From: Sphyrna mokarran
Taxonomy: Eukaryota
Assembly (NCBI GenBank): GCA_024679065.1
Contig: JAGIQG010000024.1
Span: 26,226,001-26,290,000, forward strand
DNA: 64,000 nt
Direction: 5' to 3'
Shown here one piece after another: positions 36,330 to 49,910 of this stretch. Numbering within the stretch: the stretch's first letter is position 1; each line of letters opens with the position of its first letter. The notes under the pieces are model-generated. The model was not told where the DNA came from. It worked only from the letters and a program-made list of their open reading frames with translations, and did not search any database. A program made the position numbers and the translations under genes.

Positions 36330-38020
36330 GGGAAAAATGGAGGAATCAAGGGTGGTTAGAAGAAAAATTGGTCCTCTTAGGAATAGAGGGGGGGAACTAT
36401 GCCTAGAGTTCGAGGGAATGGGGAGATCCTGAAGGAATACTTTGTGTCAGTATTCACGAAGGAGAGGGACCTGTTGTCAGTTACTGTCTTGGAGGAAACT
36501 GTAGACCTGTTAAAGGAAATACCTATTACAAGGGAGGAAATGTTAGGGTTTTTAGGTAGTATTAAAACTGATAAATCTCCGGGGCCTGATGGCATTTATC
36601 TTAGGCTGCTTAGGGAGACAAGGGATGAAATTGCTGGGCCTCTGACGCAAATCTTTGTCTCTCCTTTGGACACAGGTGAGGTCCCAGAGGACTGGAGGAT
36701 AGCGAACATGGTACCATTGTTTAAAAATAGTAGGGATAACCTGGGTTATTATAGGCTGGTGAGTTTGACGTCAGTGGTAGGGAAGTTGTTGGAAAGGATT
36801 CTTAGGAATAGGATGGATAAGCATTTAGAGTGTGGCAATTTGATTAGTGATAGACAGCATGGCTTTGTAAAGGGGAGGCTGTGCCTTATGAATCTGGTAG
36901 AATTTTTTGAGGAGGTGACAAAAAATGGTTGACGAAGGATGAACCATGGATGTCATCTTCATGGATTTCAGTAAGGCGTTTGACTATTCCCTCATGGTAG
37001 GTTTGTTAAGGTTAAGACTCATGGAATACAATGTCTAGATGGATTGAGAACTAGCCTAGTAATAGGAGACAGAGTAATAGTGGAAGACATCCTTTTCTAG
37101 CTGGATGCCTGTAACTAGCGGTGTGCCGCAGGGCTCAGTACTGGGATCTTTGTAATATACATAAATGACTTAGAGGGAGTAAGTGGTGTGGTCAGCAAGT
37201 TTGCAGATGATACGAAGATGGCTGGACTTACTGATAGTGAGAAGCAGTGTCAGGCAATATAGCGGGATAGAGATAGGCTGATATATTGGGCAGAGAAATG
37301 GCAGATGAAATTTAATCCAGATAAATGTGAGGTGATGCATTTTGGAAGAAATAATGTAGGGTTACACGATAAAAGGTAGGCCTATTAGGAGTACAGAAAT
37401 GCAGAGGGACCTGGGGGTGCAAGTACACAAGTCCTTGAAGGTGGCAGTGTAGGTGGAGAAAGTGACAAAAAGGCCTATGGTATGCTTGCCTTTACAGGGA
37501 GGGGAATCGAGTATAAAAGCTGGCATCTAATGTCACAGTTGCATAGAACATTGGTTTGTCCACATTTGGAGTACTGCATCCAGTTCTGGTCTCCTTACTA
37601 CTGGAAAGGTGTGGAGACCCTGGACAGAGCGCAGAGGAGGTTTAACAGGATGTTGCCTGGTATGGAAGGACTGAGCTAAGAGGAAAGATTGGGCAAATTG
37701 GGGCAGTTCTCCTTAGAAAGGCGGATAATGAGGGGAGATCTAATAGAAGCGTATAAGATTATGAAGAGTATAGATAAAGTGAACAGTGGTAAGCTTTTTC
37801 CTAGATTGGGTACAATAATTACGAGGGGGTCACGGGCTTAGGGTGGGCGGGGGGTGCGAGGTATAATTCGGATGTTAGAGTGAGGTTTTTCACACTGAGG
37901 GTGGTGGGGGTCTGGAATGCACTGCCATAGGGTGGTGGAGGCAGGCATGCTAGGGTTGTTTAAGGCTTACTTAGACAGGCACATGAGCAGGCTAGATATA
38001 GAGGGATACAGGAGACTTTT
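36330..38020 (+). mobile_element. CR1-type LINE, 5'-truncated, relatively well preserved (antisense in MACF1 last intron)
   Basis: ORF 36399-36932 has KSPGPDGI, VPEDWRIANMVPLFK, YRLVSLTSVVGKLLE, QHGFVKGR.CLMNLVEFFEEV; downstream KFADDTK and HLEYCIQFWSP; frameshifts and stops show it is inactive. Confidence 0.92.
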
Positions 38021-38304
38021 CTAAATAAAAATCAAGAGCCTTGTGGGTGATTCCCTGGGAATCAACCGATTCTTATGGGCCTTCCAACGTATTTCATGGC
38101 TCACTTGCTTTATTTCTGCGCTTCTGGGAATTCCGTAAATGTCTAAGTTTTGCATGTTTATTGATGGCTTTTCTTTTATGTTACAGGTGATTCGGCTGGC
38201 ATTGTTGACCAACAAGGGGCATGCACGTGGTAGGTCGTGCAATGGCTGCTCTTGGATATTGCTTCGAGAGTTGCCTAGTGCACGCTTAAACTGGACCATC
38301 TGAT

Positions 38305-38620
38305 GGGCAACATGACAGCTCAGTGACTATCACTGTTTCCTGTGCAGATACATGGATTTGGGACGGTGTCTGCGGGAATGTGCACATTCTCCCTGTGATT
38401 GTGTGGGTTTTCTCCAGGTGCTCCGGTTTCCTCCCACACCCCAAAAACGTGCTCTTAGGCTGTTTGGCGGAACAAATTGTCCCTAAATTAGTCTTCCCTC
38501 AATCTTCCCCAATAGGAGTAGACAAAGATCATAGGTAGAAGAGAGCACTCAATGTGAAAATGGAGGCGCGGGCTTATTGGGCCAAACGGCCTGTTTCCTG
38601 TGCTGTATTGTTCTTTGTTC
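38305..38620 (+). mobile_element. HE1-like SINE with LINE-type tail
   Basis: TGCACATTCTCCCTGTGATTGTGTGGGTTTTCTCCAGGTGCTCCGGTTTCCTCCCAC core; GGGCCAAACGGCCTGTTTCCTGTGCTGTA tail. Confidence 0.75.
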
Positions 38621-38639
38621 ATGCAAGATTTAAACAGCT

Positions 38640-40620
38640 GAAGGATAGAGAAAATGGTGGGTGAAGAATCAGTTAAGGGGCAGATTTTAGGGTTTGAAAT
38701 AGCTATAGAAGTAAGGCAAAATGACACCATGAAAGGATTAAAACACGAGAATGAAGATTTGAAAATTAAACTGTTGGGGAATGTGGAGGGCAGGAGTGAC
38801 TAATGAATGGGTCATAAAGGAAATGGGCACCAGAGTATTGGGTGAGCTGTAAATCAGTGTTGGAGGAAGGGACACTGTCCAAGGCATCACCGGAATAGCA
38901 GAATAAGCATTTATCTGCAGAAGAGTTGATTATGGATGATATTATAGATGGAAAGGATATTGAGTAGGAAGCCAATTGCACACAGAGATTGCTAACTTTC
39001 ATTCATTGAAACTAATTCTGAGTTTACAGGACAAAACCTAAATGAAATTATCAACGTGAAGTTGGATGATGATAACATGCTCAAGGATTTGAGAACAAAG
39101 GAAATTGGAGGTGAAGTAGTTGTTCCCACAGATGGAAGAAAGCAGAATGGATATCTGAAGGAGGGGAGCAATAATGGCTGGTTTGGAAGCAAATCTGGTA
39201 GTCCCTGAGTACATTAGGTAGTTTGGCAAACAGGAATGTAGCTGGTCAGCATTTTAGTGGAAATGGGATCAGAGACATTTATCAGCGATGTGGGGATGAA
39301 ATCAGGATTATGTTACAGAGCTTATGAAAGAGGCTGAAGGAGTCAAAATAATATTGACAACTAGAAATGTGTGTTATCAGAGTACACGTAAAAGCTGATT
39401 TGGGTAATTTCATCAAGGAGTAATACATAGACGTGAAGGTAAGGACAGATTCTTTGAAGATTCTTGAGCTACAGAGGAAAATTAGTCAGAACATCTCCAG
39501 CGCAGGTTATGATGGAACAGCCAAATGGAATCAGATAATGGTAGTCCAATTAGTTGGACTATGGAGAAGGGGTATTGGAGAAGGATAGTGTGGTTGATGG
39601 ACAAAGATTTCAGGCAGAAGGGAGGAACAGGATGAATACTGCATCCTGTTCACATTCACTGAGGATATCAATCACAACTTTCGACTGGAACTAATTCTGA
39701 GTTTGCAGGTCAAAAGCCTAAATGAAATAATTAACATTAATTTGGAAGATGACAACATGCTCAAGCACTTGAGAACAAAGGGAAATCGGAGGGGAGGTAG
39801 TTGCTCTCAATGATTGAGAGAAGCAGAATAGTTTCTGAAGGATAGGAGCGATGGTGGCCAGTTTGAAAGTGAATTTGGCAGTTCCTGAGTACATCAGCTG
39901 GCTTGGTGGGCAGGAGAGGAATTTAATTGGCCAATATTTTAGTGGAAATGTAATCAAGAGTTTGAGATGGTCTTATGAGTGAGATGTACCCAGAGGGAGC
40001 AGGGATGCAGAAAAGAGAAAATCTTGATCAGAGGGAGCTTTGTGGCTTTATGTGCAAGATAAAGCAGCAATGACAACTGAACAGATGATCTCAAAGTAGT
40101 TCTTGAATCCTCACATTTTTGTTGGAGATGAGGATGGAAGGATTTAAGATGTTAGTTGGTAGTAGAAAAGAGCAGTGATGGATTATCTTTGATCTGTGGG
40201 ATGATTTCTAGATTGTGGGTGATTTTGGCAGATGACAAATCTTAATTACATTTGCTGTGGTTCAGATTAATGACAACACTAGTTGCATATTACACTTGCT
40301 CAAGTCTCCTCTGTGGACGTTGGACAGGGCTGAAACCAAGGAGAATAATAACAAGGATGAAATGTTTCACTGGGGACAAGAGCACCAAAGTGAAAGTGAG
40401 CGGAGAGTTGAGTAGATCAATAGTGCATCATCTCATTCCATTTGATGCTGGAACGTAAATTGGTGAGGGGAGCAGTGGGGAAGGAACAATCAAAGATTCT
40501 ACCAGGAGCTTGTGGGATAAATTTTAAGTGAATAACGAAATAATATAAAACACAAAGGGTGATGGGACTACAAGAGAAGTGTGTAAAAAGATTAGAAATC
40601 ATAGGGACAGAGAAGATTTC
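38640..40620 (-). mobile_element. Degraded L2-clade LINE remnants with a duplicated RT segment (~39010-39270 and ~39688-39955)
   Basis: Minus-strand PPISLCSQVLEHVVIFQI / SNFLCSQILEHVIIIQL (= PISNLPFLSKVLEKVV); the two segments align. Confidence 0.6.
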
Positions 40621-41013
40621 AAGCGTGAAGCAAACAAAATAAATAGAACTACAGATCTGAGCTTTAATTGCTGATTTCCATATTTGCAGTTTGTAAGTAT
40701 ATTATTTTGCTAATAGTTTATCCCACAACACACAAGTCATTATTCAAGTTATCTGCTGTTCAGTTCTGTAAGAGAATATACCCACAAAGTCATATAAATA
40801 GTAATATACATAAAATAATTACACGTACACATCAAAAAGAGCTAATCCAAAATGCTTTAAAATGTCAATATTTTGAAGGGGGAGGAAACCTCCAGAGTCT
40901 CAAGTCATTTCTAATTTTTCAAATCTATGACTGCCAAACATACCAACTCAAATACATAGAGGAACACACTGTAACCAACCCCATTAGCTTTCAACATTCT
41001 CTTCAGAACTCAC

Positions 41014-41122
41014 CAGTTTTGCTGGATTTGGTGGCAGGTGTGCTGCCGTTGTCTCCAGTGAGTGAAGCCTTACTGGAGTGGTAACTTGGTCGTCTGAGTT
41101 TACTACCTTGTGCAGGTGTCAC
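41014..41122 (-). CDS. macf1: MACF1 penultimate coding exon
   Basis: tttaaaccag|VTPAQGSKLRRPSYHSSKASLTGDNGSTPATKSSKT+G|gtgagt; 109 nt, phase 0 to 1; resembles human VIPSSGSKLKRP..FHSSRTSLAGD. Confidence 0.92.
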
Positions 41123-41769
41123 CTGGTTTAAAGTACAAAAATTTAAAAATGCCAAGAAAAAGCTGACTAAAGAATAACAAAAAAATAAATAAAAATAGGT
41201 CACCTCATCATGCATAACAATGTTATATTCATTTTCCATCAATTATAAATGATATCAGGATTTATTCAAAGGAATAAAACAAGGGGGCTGAAGAAATTTT
41301 CAAATCTAAAATTGCACATATAAAAATCACACAATTTTAAGTGGAGTTGAAGGTTTTTTTTGGTCTGAGTTCTTTGTGATGCTCAGTTTCACTTTCGGGA
41401 CTATAGACTGAGGTTGGGAGGCTGATGGTTTCCCTGACCAAGTATCACACATGAACTTTTATCTTGAGCTACGAGATCTTACTGGCATGTCCAAAGTAAT
41501 AAAAATAAATTTTGAAAAATTTATACAAATTCAAATTTATTCAAAAGCTTACCCTATTCACCACACAAATAGATCATAATCCAGAAGGAATATTAAATAC
41601 ACAAGAACACAATTCACACTCAAAACTAGAACTTTCAGCAATGAACCTAAGTCAAAGTCAAAGCCCGTTCCAAACAGCAAATTTTGTGTCTTTGCTGGGG
41701 TCATTTTACACTGACTATCCCATCACACACTGAGATGTTTGAAAAAAAATGTGAAGTGCCAACTTGATT

Positions 41770-42120
41770 CTAAGTTAGAGAGTTATGGGCTCAAGCCCAT
41801 TCCTCTGTTAGTTCAGAGATATAATCTAAGACGACTTTAGTGCAGTACTGAGGAAGTGTTGCACTGTTTGTTAGATTAGGTGTTCATCTGATGTTCTGCC
41901 CACCTAAGGATCCCATGGGACCATTTAAAGAGGAGCAGTTCTCTCCACATTCTCTCCACGTTTAACTCTCAACTGTCATCACCAAAATAGATTACCTAGT
42001 CATTTATCCATTATGGAATTTTGCTGTGCATATAGCAATATTTATGACATTTCAAACTCTTCAGTCTTTCAGCACTTTGGGATGTTTTAAGGACATAACA
42101 AAATGACCATATAAATATAT
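41770..42120 (+). mobile_element. Deu-domain SINE (SacSINE1/AmnSINE-like)
   Basis: GTGCAGTACTGAGGAAGTGTTGCACTGT...GGATCCCATGGGACCATTTAAAGAGGAGCAG...TTGCTGTGCA...CACTTTGGGATG...TATAAAT. Confidence 0.7.
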
Positions 42121-43867
42121 AATCACACAGGTCACACACATGAAGGTAAAGTCATTTCTAAGTGCTACACAGATAATCAGCAGAAACAGTCACAGCAAAA
42201 AGTTCTAAACTGTGATGCAAGTTCCTGTACACAAATTTATCCTGAAGAGCAATCACATTGAAATTTTACAGATTAATGAGAGCAGAGTTATAAAAGTTGC
42301 AGGTAAAGACATTCTATTAACTTTGATAAAGTATATACGAGGAATCTTTTGTATATTTTAAGTAGGTTTGGAAATGCCACAATTACTTTTGTTCCTCAAT
42401 CTGATTGCTCTGCAGTGTGAATTAGTGAAAATATTTCAAAAAAAATACAAAGTCAGGTAAAGCCCCTGATCTACTGAGCTAATCTGAAGGTAAATATGTG
42501 TTAATGGACGTGGAGCGTGACAAACAAACAGTAGAAGCGGAGTCTGCTACAGAGCAATGGTTATAATGTCAGTGAACCTGTTCCCTATTAGAAGTTGGTG
42601 GCAGATTTTTAGAAAATGGGAAGATTTCAGAAAATTCCTTCACATTTAAAATTTCCATAATTCTATTAAGACAGGCAGTCATCTCCAACTCTGCTTTGAT
42701 AGTTCAGTTTTCCATACTGTCCAATTCTTCCCAGATTAGCCCATTCTTACCTAGGATTTGCAATTTCCTTCAGTTGTGAGGATTAAACACTGCCAATGTT
42801 ACTCCTAATCAGTCAACAGGAAGTGTGTTTTACGAGGGTGAGATGGAACAATTCCTTCTTTTGCACAAAGCTCAATCAAACAAGAGTCAAATGAATCGCA
42901 GCATTAGGACTGTACTAGGGATATTCCCGTTAGCAAACCTCAAGTTCGCTGTCAGGAAGGCAACCATGTATTTTAAGTTTAAGTTATGTATTAGAGGTAA
43001 TAGTGCTGCACCTCTATTACCAATAATCTATTGAGCATTTATTTTCCAATGCAAATAACCTGATTTATAATGAAAGATTTTTAATTTAAATGGTAGGAGT
43101 AACTGCGGAATGAAAAATTTACTTAGGTGGTCAAGACTAGCTAATGCCCACAAATGATAAAGGAATTAAAGAATCATATACTGAACTGTTCAAATGTTAG
43201 CAGTGCAATTGGTGATCTCCACAAGCATTTAACAGCCATTATCTGTTACACATTTTTCCTGCTTTATTCATGAATGACGATAATTCTAAGGCACAGATAG
43301 GGAGAGAAGTGGCTATGGATGGGTGGAATAAGAAGTATAAATTCCTTTCACATATATATTTCTCCTAAATTATATCTGGAAATGAGACTGTAGGGCTGGT
43401 TAACAATGCTTAATACCAAAACACTGAATGAGATAAAGTTTACAGCAAAGAATAGTTATTTTCTTAACCAAATTCAGTTTTTAGTTTTATTGAACAATTA
43501 CTAGTCAAAAGTGTGCGACTTGTCTTTTCTCAGGAGTATACTGTTTAATAGATATTTTCTGCACATACTACTGTGATGCCTGGGTCTATTCAATAAAATC
43601 AATACGCGGTATTTTTACTAATTCTAATACGCAGCACTAGAATTTAGAGAGAACCTATTTGCAGAAAGTGCAAAACATTTTGACAATAATTAAGCATTAG
43701 TTTTCAAATAAGTAATTATAATTGAGAAAATGGATACATCCACTTGAAGGTAAACCACCGAACTGTATTTAATTGGTTTAACTGGGGAACAAGTGCCACT
43801 CACTGACCACTGCTCTGTAAAATGTCAGCTGTCTCTTGTTATTAGCTCTTTATGTTTTATACTGTAC

Positions 43868-43978
43868 CTCAATGCTTGGGATCTGGAACACATGGGAGTC
43901 TAGGCACTTAGTGGGAGTAGAGACTTTACTGTTTGTCAACCAAGGTTTGTCATAACAACGTGTGAAGGTCTGGGGTGT
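43868..43978 (-). CDS. macf1: MACF1 111-nt cassette exon (not in the ORF track)
   Basis: Strong pyrimidine tract tcttcctaccttccccttcaccccacag|, then TPQTFTRCYDKPWLTNSKVSTPTKCLDSHVFQIPSIE|gtacag; 37 codons, phase 0/0. Matches my recollection of the human alternative segment TSLQFSRCYDKPWLVNSK...PTPE. Confidence 0.9.
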
Positions 43979-44594
43979 CTGTGGGGTGAAGGGGAAGGTA
44001 GGAAGAAGGAGGAGCAGATTAAAAACAAAATGGACAATGGATGGTGAAAGAAAAAGGGTTTAAAGGATTGGTAAGAGGAAACAGGAAGGATAGGGCAAAT
44101 GTTAACAGAAAATTAACTTCAAACAATGAAATGGTAAAAAAATGTAAATTATAAACAAAGATAAAATGAAAATTATAACATCTGAAAACACAAACTATAA
44201 TGTGAACAGATTTTAAGGACAACGTGCACTCTTGGAAAACACTGAACAAGAAACTCTCTCTTTCTTTAAATAACAGAGATAAGGTTATTCATATGTTCAA
44301 AAAGATATTTACTGAAAGCTCCTTCCTTCTCTGCCCTTCGAATCAAAAATTAAATTAAACAGTTGCCAGAGTTTTGAATCTCTGCATTAATTACACATTT
44401 GACCTAATCGGGTAAATTTGGTTTTGCATTAAAGAAAGCAGAATCTCAGATTTATCAAAACAAAACTTCAAAACGTCGAGATCAAAAAGAAATAGAAAAT
44501 TGCACTGAAATAAATGGAGAGGGGAGGAATCCAGAACCCGGAACGAAGTATCCTGCTGCAGTTTGGGCTTGATGCTTGATTAATAAGGGGATCA

Positions 44595-44712
44595 GGGGTT
44601 ATGAGGAAAAGGCAGGAGAGTGGGGATGAGAAAAATAGCAGCCATTATTGAATGGCAGAGCAGATTCGATGGGCTGAGTGGTTTAATGCTGTTCCTATGT
44701 TTTATGGTGTTA
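44595..44712 (+). mobile_element. CR1 3' tail
   Basis: GGGGTTATGAGGAAAAGGCAGGAGAGTGG...CAGCCATTATTGAATGGCAGAGCAGATTCGATGGGCTGA. Confidence 0.7.
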
Positions 44713-45721
44713 CGATTGTCTCATTTCTAATGGAATCTTACTATTCCAGACATTCATTCTTGTCCAGTGTAAGGGTGACATCATCATTAAAAAAAATGAG
44801 TACAACAGATAAAATGGCATGGGTTGAATATTGATGTGATAGACATGAGCTACTCTTCTGAATAAGGAGCATTAGTACTGGGCAACACTTTCAGTTGTTT
44901 CACAGAAGGACAAAGGAAAGATTTTGTTGTCCTGAGCAAATAGTGTTCTAATTTTCCTTGTTTCACAAAGTGGACTACTAACTATGATTTCTTAAATTGC
45001 AAGCGACAGTAGATGACACCTAACAGATTTGTTTCTGGTTTCAATGTCTTACTTTGAAGCAATTTTGGATAAATAAGCAAATATTCCAGCAATGTATCTT
45101 CTGCCATCTAGTGACCAACCAACCGTTCACAATTTTAAAGTCACCATTTATCATGAACTGACAATGAAAAAACAGAAGTGAATACATTAACAAAGATGTC
45201 AAGTGCCATCTTCAGTTTTGACCTAACTCTTGCATACTCGCTCTTCTTCATATTCTCCGTGAAGTTTTAACTTCAGATTGTTGGCAAGTCTGACATCCTG
45301 CTAGTTTTTATTCAGTGTTATAAAACCTTAGGGGATGTTCTAATTACTAAATGAATAGCAACAGCATCATGTTATTGAATTATATCTAAGTACACCACAA
45401 AGTACTGTAAAAAAAACTTTCAGTTTTATGGTTTCTGTAAACCATCTTTGTGGATCTCATTAAAAGTTATTACATTATTGTGTGAATATCATAGCACAAT
45501 TTATAACCATCTCTAATGCTCCCACGACACTGTCTGCAGCAGTAGTGACCGTACTTAAATGATATCATGTTCTTAGTTAAAAATGCAGCCAATATATAAA
45601 TAATTCACAGATATTAAAAGTTCATCCAATGGAAATTTTGGACAGCTGCCAGCTTTGCGATCTTTCCAAATGAAATTGAAGAGTTACTGTTAAAACACAG
45701 AAATACAAAATAAATGCTTAC

Positions 45722-45933
45722 TCTGCTTCCACTGGCTGGAGTTGCAGGTGATGATGGCATGGAGGTGCAACTGTGGTTACTGTGGCTGGCACTGGAACTG
45801 GATCGGGTTGGAGATGCAGCCCTGGATGAAGGCTTTGATTTGCGTCCCTTCATCCTGAAGGCAGCCATACCCTGAGAGGCACCTTCTGGCAGAATAAACT
45901 TCTCTCGCAGTTCTAAGTTGGTTCTTCCTCTTG
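45722..45933 (-). CDS. macf1: MACF1 exon following the GAR domain
   Basis: ttttgcctttag|(A)[70 protein letters not shown]|gtaagc; 212 nt, phase 1 to 0; very close to the MACF1 sequence. Confidence 0.96.
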
Positions 45934-48865
45934 CTAAAGGCAAAAAAAAAATATTGATTGAGTTTTGTGCAGCACTCAAAAGCATGAGAAACAAATAAAT
46001 CCATTCAAAATAGATAGCCATGAAATTGATGATTTACATGACACACCATACCAACATATGGAAGAATAGTTACAAAATTGTGGACGTATACTGTAAGAAA
46101 ACAGTTGATCATGCAAGCTTTTATTAAGTTTGCTTTTCAAAGCAATGGATTTTAACAATATCTGCCTTACTTCATAAAGATATGATGTAATTTATATTCT
46201 TAAATTTAAGACAGTCAAATATAGTCTTGTTGCTAATGCCCTGGGCTCCTACCAAGTCAGTCATAGGCTCATGATTAAAGTCAATTGCTACAGGTTTTCC
46301 AATTTATTCAGTTATTGGATAAGATAATGGGTGAATGATTTGTAACAAGAGACCTTATTTGAAAGAAAATGGATGAATGCCAGCCTGATAGTGTCATTCT
46401 TGCCATGCTACATGCACTTCTCTGATCTGTTCACAAAGCAATATTATGATAATTCAAGAAACATTCACACCCTGGGTTCAACCATCATCTCAGCTGGAGG
46501 CAAGAATTCGAGATGGGGTTGGTCAGTAATGTACACACTTCTTAAATACATGCTCCAGTGAGACAAGCTGGGAATCTAATTATTGCAATTATATTTACAA
46601 TCTAGGAAAATATATTAGGCCCCTGGGTTATCATCCTGCAGACTTTTCAAATGGCTTGATGGAATTAGTATCATCTTTGAAGAGTTAAGCTTTCTTCAAA
46701 AATACACAGAACAAGAATATTTTCAAAACTTATATTAAAGCTAGGATCTTTTAAGATAGATTGAAAGTCCTTTCACATCAACAGCAATATATGCATCCAA
46801 TCTTATTTTTAGTTCAGTTTTATTCGATGGAAAAAACCTAAATAGTTTATTTGCAAAGCTTAATGAAAGCTACAATTGACAACTGATGTAGTACTCTGCC
46901 ACTTGATCTAGACATACAAATGAAATCTGAAATTAACTATTAGTGAAATAATCTTTCTGTACGTCTCTTCAGGAGAACAATTATATTTCTGATCACAATA
47001 TAATGCCAAAATTAGTGATATTTAACATGCATACAAAGGTTATTGAAAAGTCAAGATTCAGTTTCACTGCAGAACTGAAGGTTTTGTCATAAATGGTGCT
47101 AGGGTGTAATTAGTACAACTAAATTGCCCCTAAAGAACAGGAACAGAGGTTCAAAAGGCTAGGAATTAGGAGTTGCCAATAATCTCATGGGAAAAGTTTG
47201 CAAGTGATGTTCTGTTAGAATAAAAATGTTAGACGTAGCAATAGCATGGATCTAGCTTAAATAAATGCTAAAGGCTTTGGTTCGGTAGTTCCTGTTTCTA
47301 AATATCAAGTGTAAATAATAAAGAATTTGAGTAATGAAGAATGTGATTAAACTAAGATGAAAAAGAACAAAATACAAAGTGGAACAAATGTTTATCACCA
47401 AAATTTCAAAGATCCTTTGACATATACTAGATAGAAAGTATGCATATTAGAGTCTGAACAAACAGAAATAGAAGTGATGCTTATAAACTAGCTTTTGTGG
47501 TGTACAGGTTATTAACAGAACCTCAATATCTAAGTGAGGAAATTTCAATGTAAGCAACAAATTCCATTTTGAAGACCATGTGAACACACAATACAAAGAC
47601 GAATGTAATAGAAAAGAGAAAGACAAGGCATCTATTAATGAATTCTCATTCCAATCTAGATGAATAATTATTTAAACAAATAAATAATTTAAAAAAGTTT
47701 ATATATCATTGCACAGGCAAGTGATTTTCTGCTCGAAATATACTTTTCCTCCATTGGTAGGGTGCATTACTGAGTCATGGACTTTTCTGTTGACAATGAT
47801 TAGTGGAAAAGAAATGCTTTCAAGAGGATTTGCTTCAGGTAGTTTCACCTTTGCCCAAAATGAGATTGATGTTATCCTGCAGTCACCTTTGCAGACTTAA
47901 TTGGAAATTGATGAAGCACAAAATGGGTCAGAGGTCAAACATTTTGTAGAGGTTGGAGCTGATTTCCTCCTCTACTTCATTCGTCCAAATAATTTCAAGA
48001 TCATAGAGAATTTTAGAAAAGGAAGCTAAACAGTTATTACAATTCATACATTGTCAAAGGTGCAAACCATATCTAAGCCAAAATTCATTGTTAGTAAGAA
48101 TATTCTTTGAGCACATCTATTTTATTTTTGGGCACTCGTCTGCATTTTTTGATTTGAAACAAAAAATATTTCAGTTCCTGAGATATGGGAAAATACAAAT
48201 CAAGTGACATAATTTTGCAACAGTAATAAAAGATGATAACTAAGATTAAAGCAGTACAACTAATTATAGAGACTTTGTAAAATATTTTGTCACACATGTA
48301 CCTGGGACCTACTGATTGCAAATGGAATGCAAGGGAGATAATTCAGTAAAATTCTGGATTTTATTTTAATTAACCTGAATTTTGCAAGTGGCAGCGAAGT
48401 GATGGCAATCACTACTGACTTTGCAGAAAGCATCCTGCAAAGATCTAGCGATCTCTGCGGAGTATATTTCAACTTTCCCAACATTAGCTTCATTCTGTCA
48501 CCACCTACAGAATATCATGGACATCCAGCAACAGCGATCTCATCATGGAGGCTAAGCAGCCAAACACACGGCAACATTCACACGGGTGGCAATCCCCTCT
48601 TTCAAAATAACCTTACACAAAGCAGAATAAAAATAGGAATATATGGATGGGATTAAGCTGGGAACTGAAATGTCAGAGTTCAGATAGAATAATATTGATT
48701 TAAATATTGCTGTAAAACATGAGCTGCTAAAACTTGTCAGGTCAACAAAAATGCCAAACAATTACAAAACTTTACACTACAGGAGAAAAGGCTGTTGATT
48801 GGTTGGCAAGTCAACTCTGGTTGAGGCCTTAACATGGAGAATTAATTTTGTTTTAAAAATCTACA

Positions 48866-49472
48866 GGGGGAGTCTTACCAAAAACATTCTAAGTGCCAAA
48901 TGAGTGTGAGAATCACACCCATTTTTTCAGTGAGCTTTCAGATATGATCTTATGGTACCTAGTGCAAAAAAAAGCAGTGTGATTCATTCCATGCAAGTCA
49001 ACATAGTCTAGTTCACTAGATAACATTGGAGGGTGCTATTGCACATATCTCTGTTCTGCGCAGAACAGAGAGATCCATCAGCCCCCCCAACCTCATGGAT
49101 ATCCCATCCCTCACCCCACCCATCCACCACCACCACCATCATTATCCTGGCTCCTACGGCTGATTGGCCCTACCCACCTGGATTTGCCCTCATACCTGCC
49201 GCAGATGATGCAGCCCCCTCCTCCACCACCTGTTGCTGGGGATCATATGTAATCCTTATCAGTGAGGACTTTCACTAGCAAGGCCATTAAGACAAATGAA
49301 CCTGGATGACTGTGTCCAGGACTCACTAATAATATTTAAATAAAGATTAAAATATTTAAATCAGGCCCAGGCGGATCATGCCGATACTCCAGGACTGGTA
49401 AAATTGCAAGAGGCGAGAAATTGGGCGTCATTATATTGACCAATTGCTATGACAAGTTGGTAAGATTGCCCC
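48866..49472. mobile_element. GC-rich MITE-like element
   Basis: TIRs GGGGGAGTCTTACCAA / TTGGTAAGATTGCCCC (14 of 16 complementary); interior similar to 16000-16820; no matching TSD seen. Confidence 0.65.
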
Positions 49473-49549
49473 TTTTGAATGTTTTATCAGAGAATGGAGA
49501 AATGTTTCAGGGCCAGTGATATTTATAAATTTGCACTGATTGGTGGTTT

Positions 49550-49910
49550 GAAGAATTGGGGAAGGCGGGATCTCATAGAAATCTATAAAATTTTAAGAAG
49601 ATTGGACAGGGTAGATGCAGGAAGGATGTTCCCAAACGTAGAGGAGTTTAGAACCAAGAGTCACAAACCGAGAACACAGGATAGACCACTTAGGAGCTTG
49701 ATGAGGAGAAATTTCTTCACCTAGGGAGTGGTCAGCCTGTGAAATTCATTAACACAAAGAAGTTGAAGCCAAAATATTGAATGTTTGAGCAGGAGTGCGA
49801 TAAATCTCGGAGTGGGAACAGGTTACTGAATTGGATGATAAGGCATGATCAAAATTAATGGCAGAGCAGACTTGAAGGGCTGAATGTGTTACTCCTGTTT
49901 CTATATTTTT
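49550..49910 (+). mobile_element. CR1 3' fragment
   Basis: RRDLIEIYKILRRLDRVDAGRMFP...RRNFFT in ORF 49479-49724, plus CR1 tail. Confidence 0.8.

Noticed and set aside
36399-36932. 177-aa RT ORF as a domesticated gene or active LINE
   Set aside because: Frameshifts and stops follow immediately; ordinary 5'-truncated CR1
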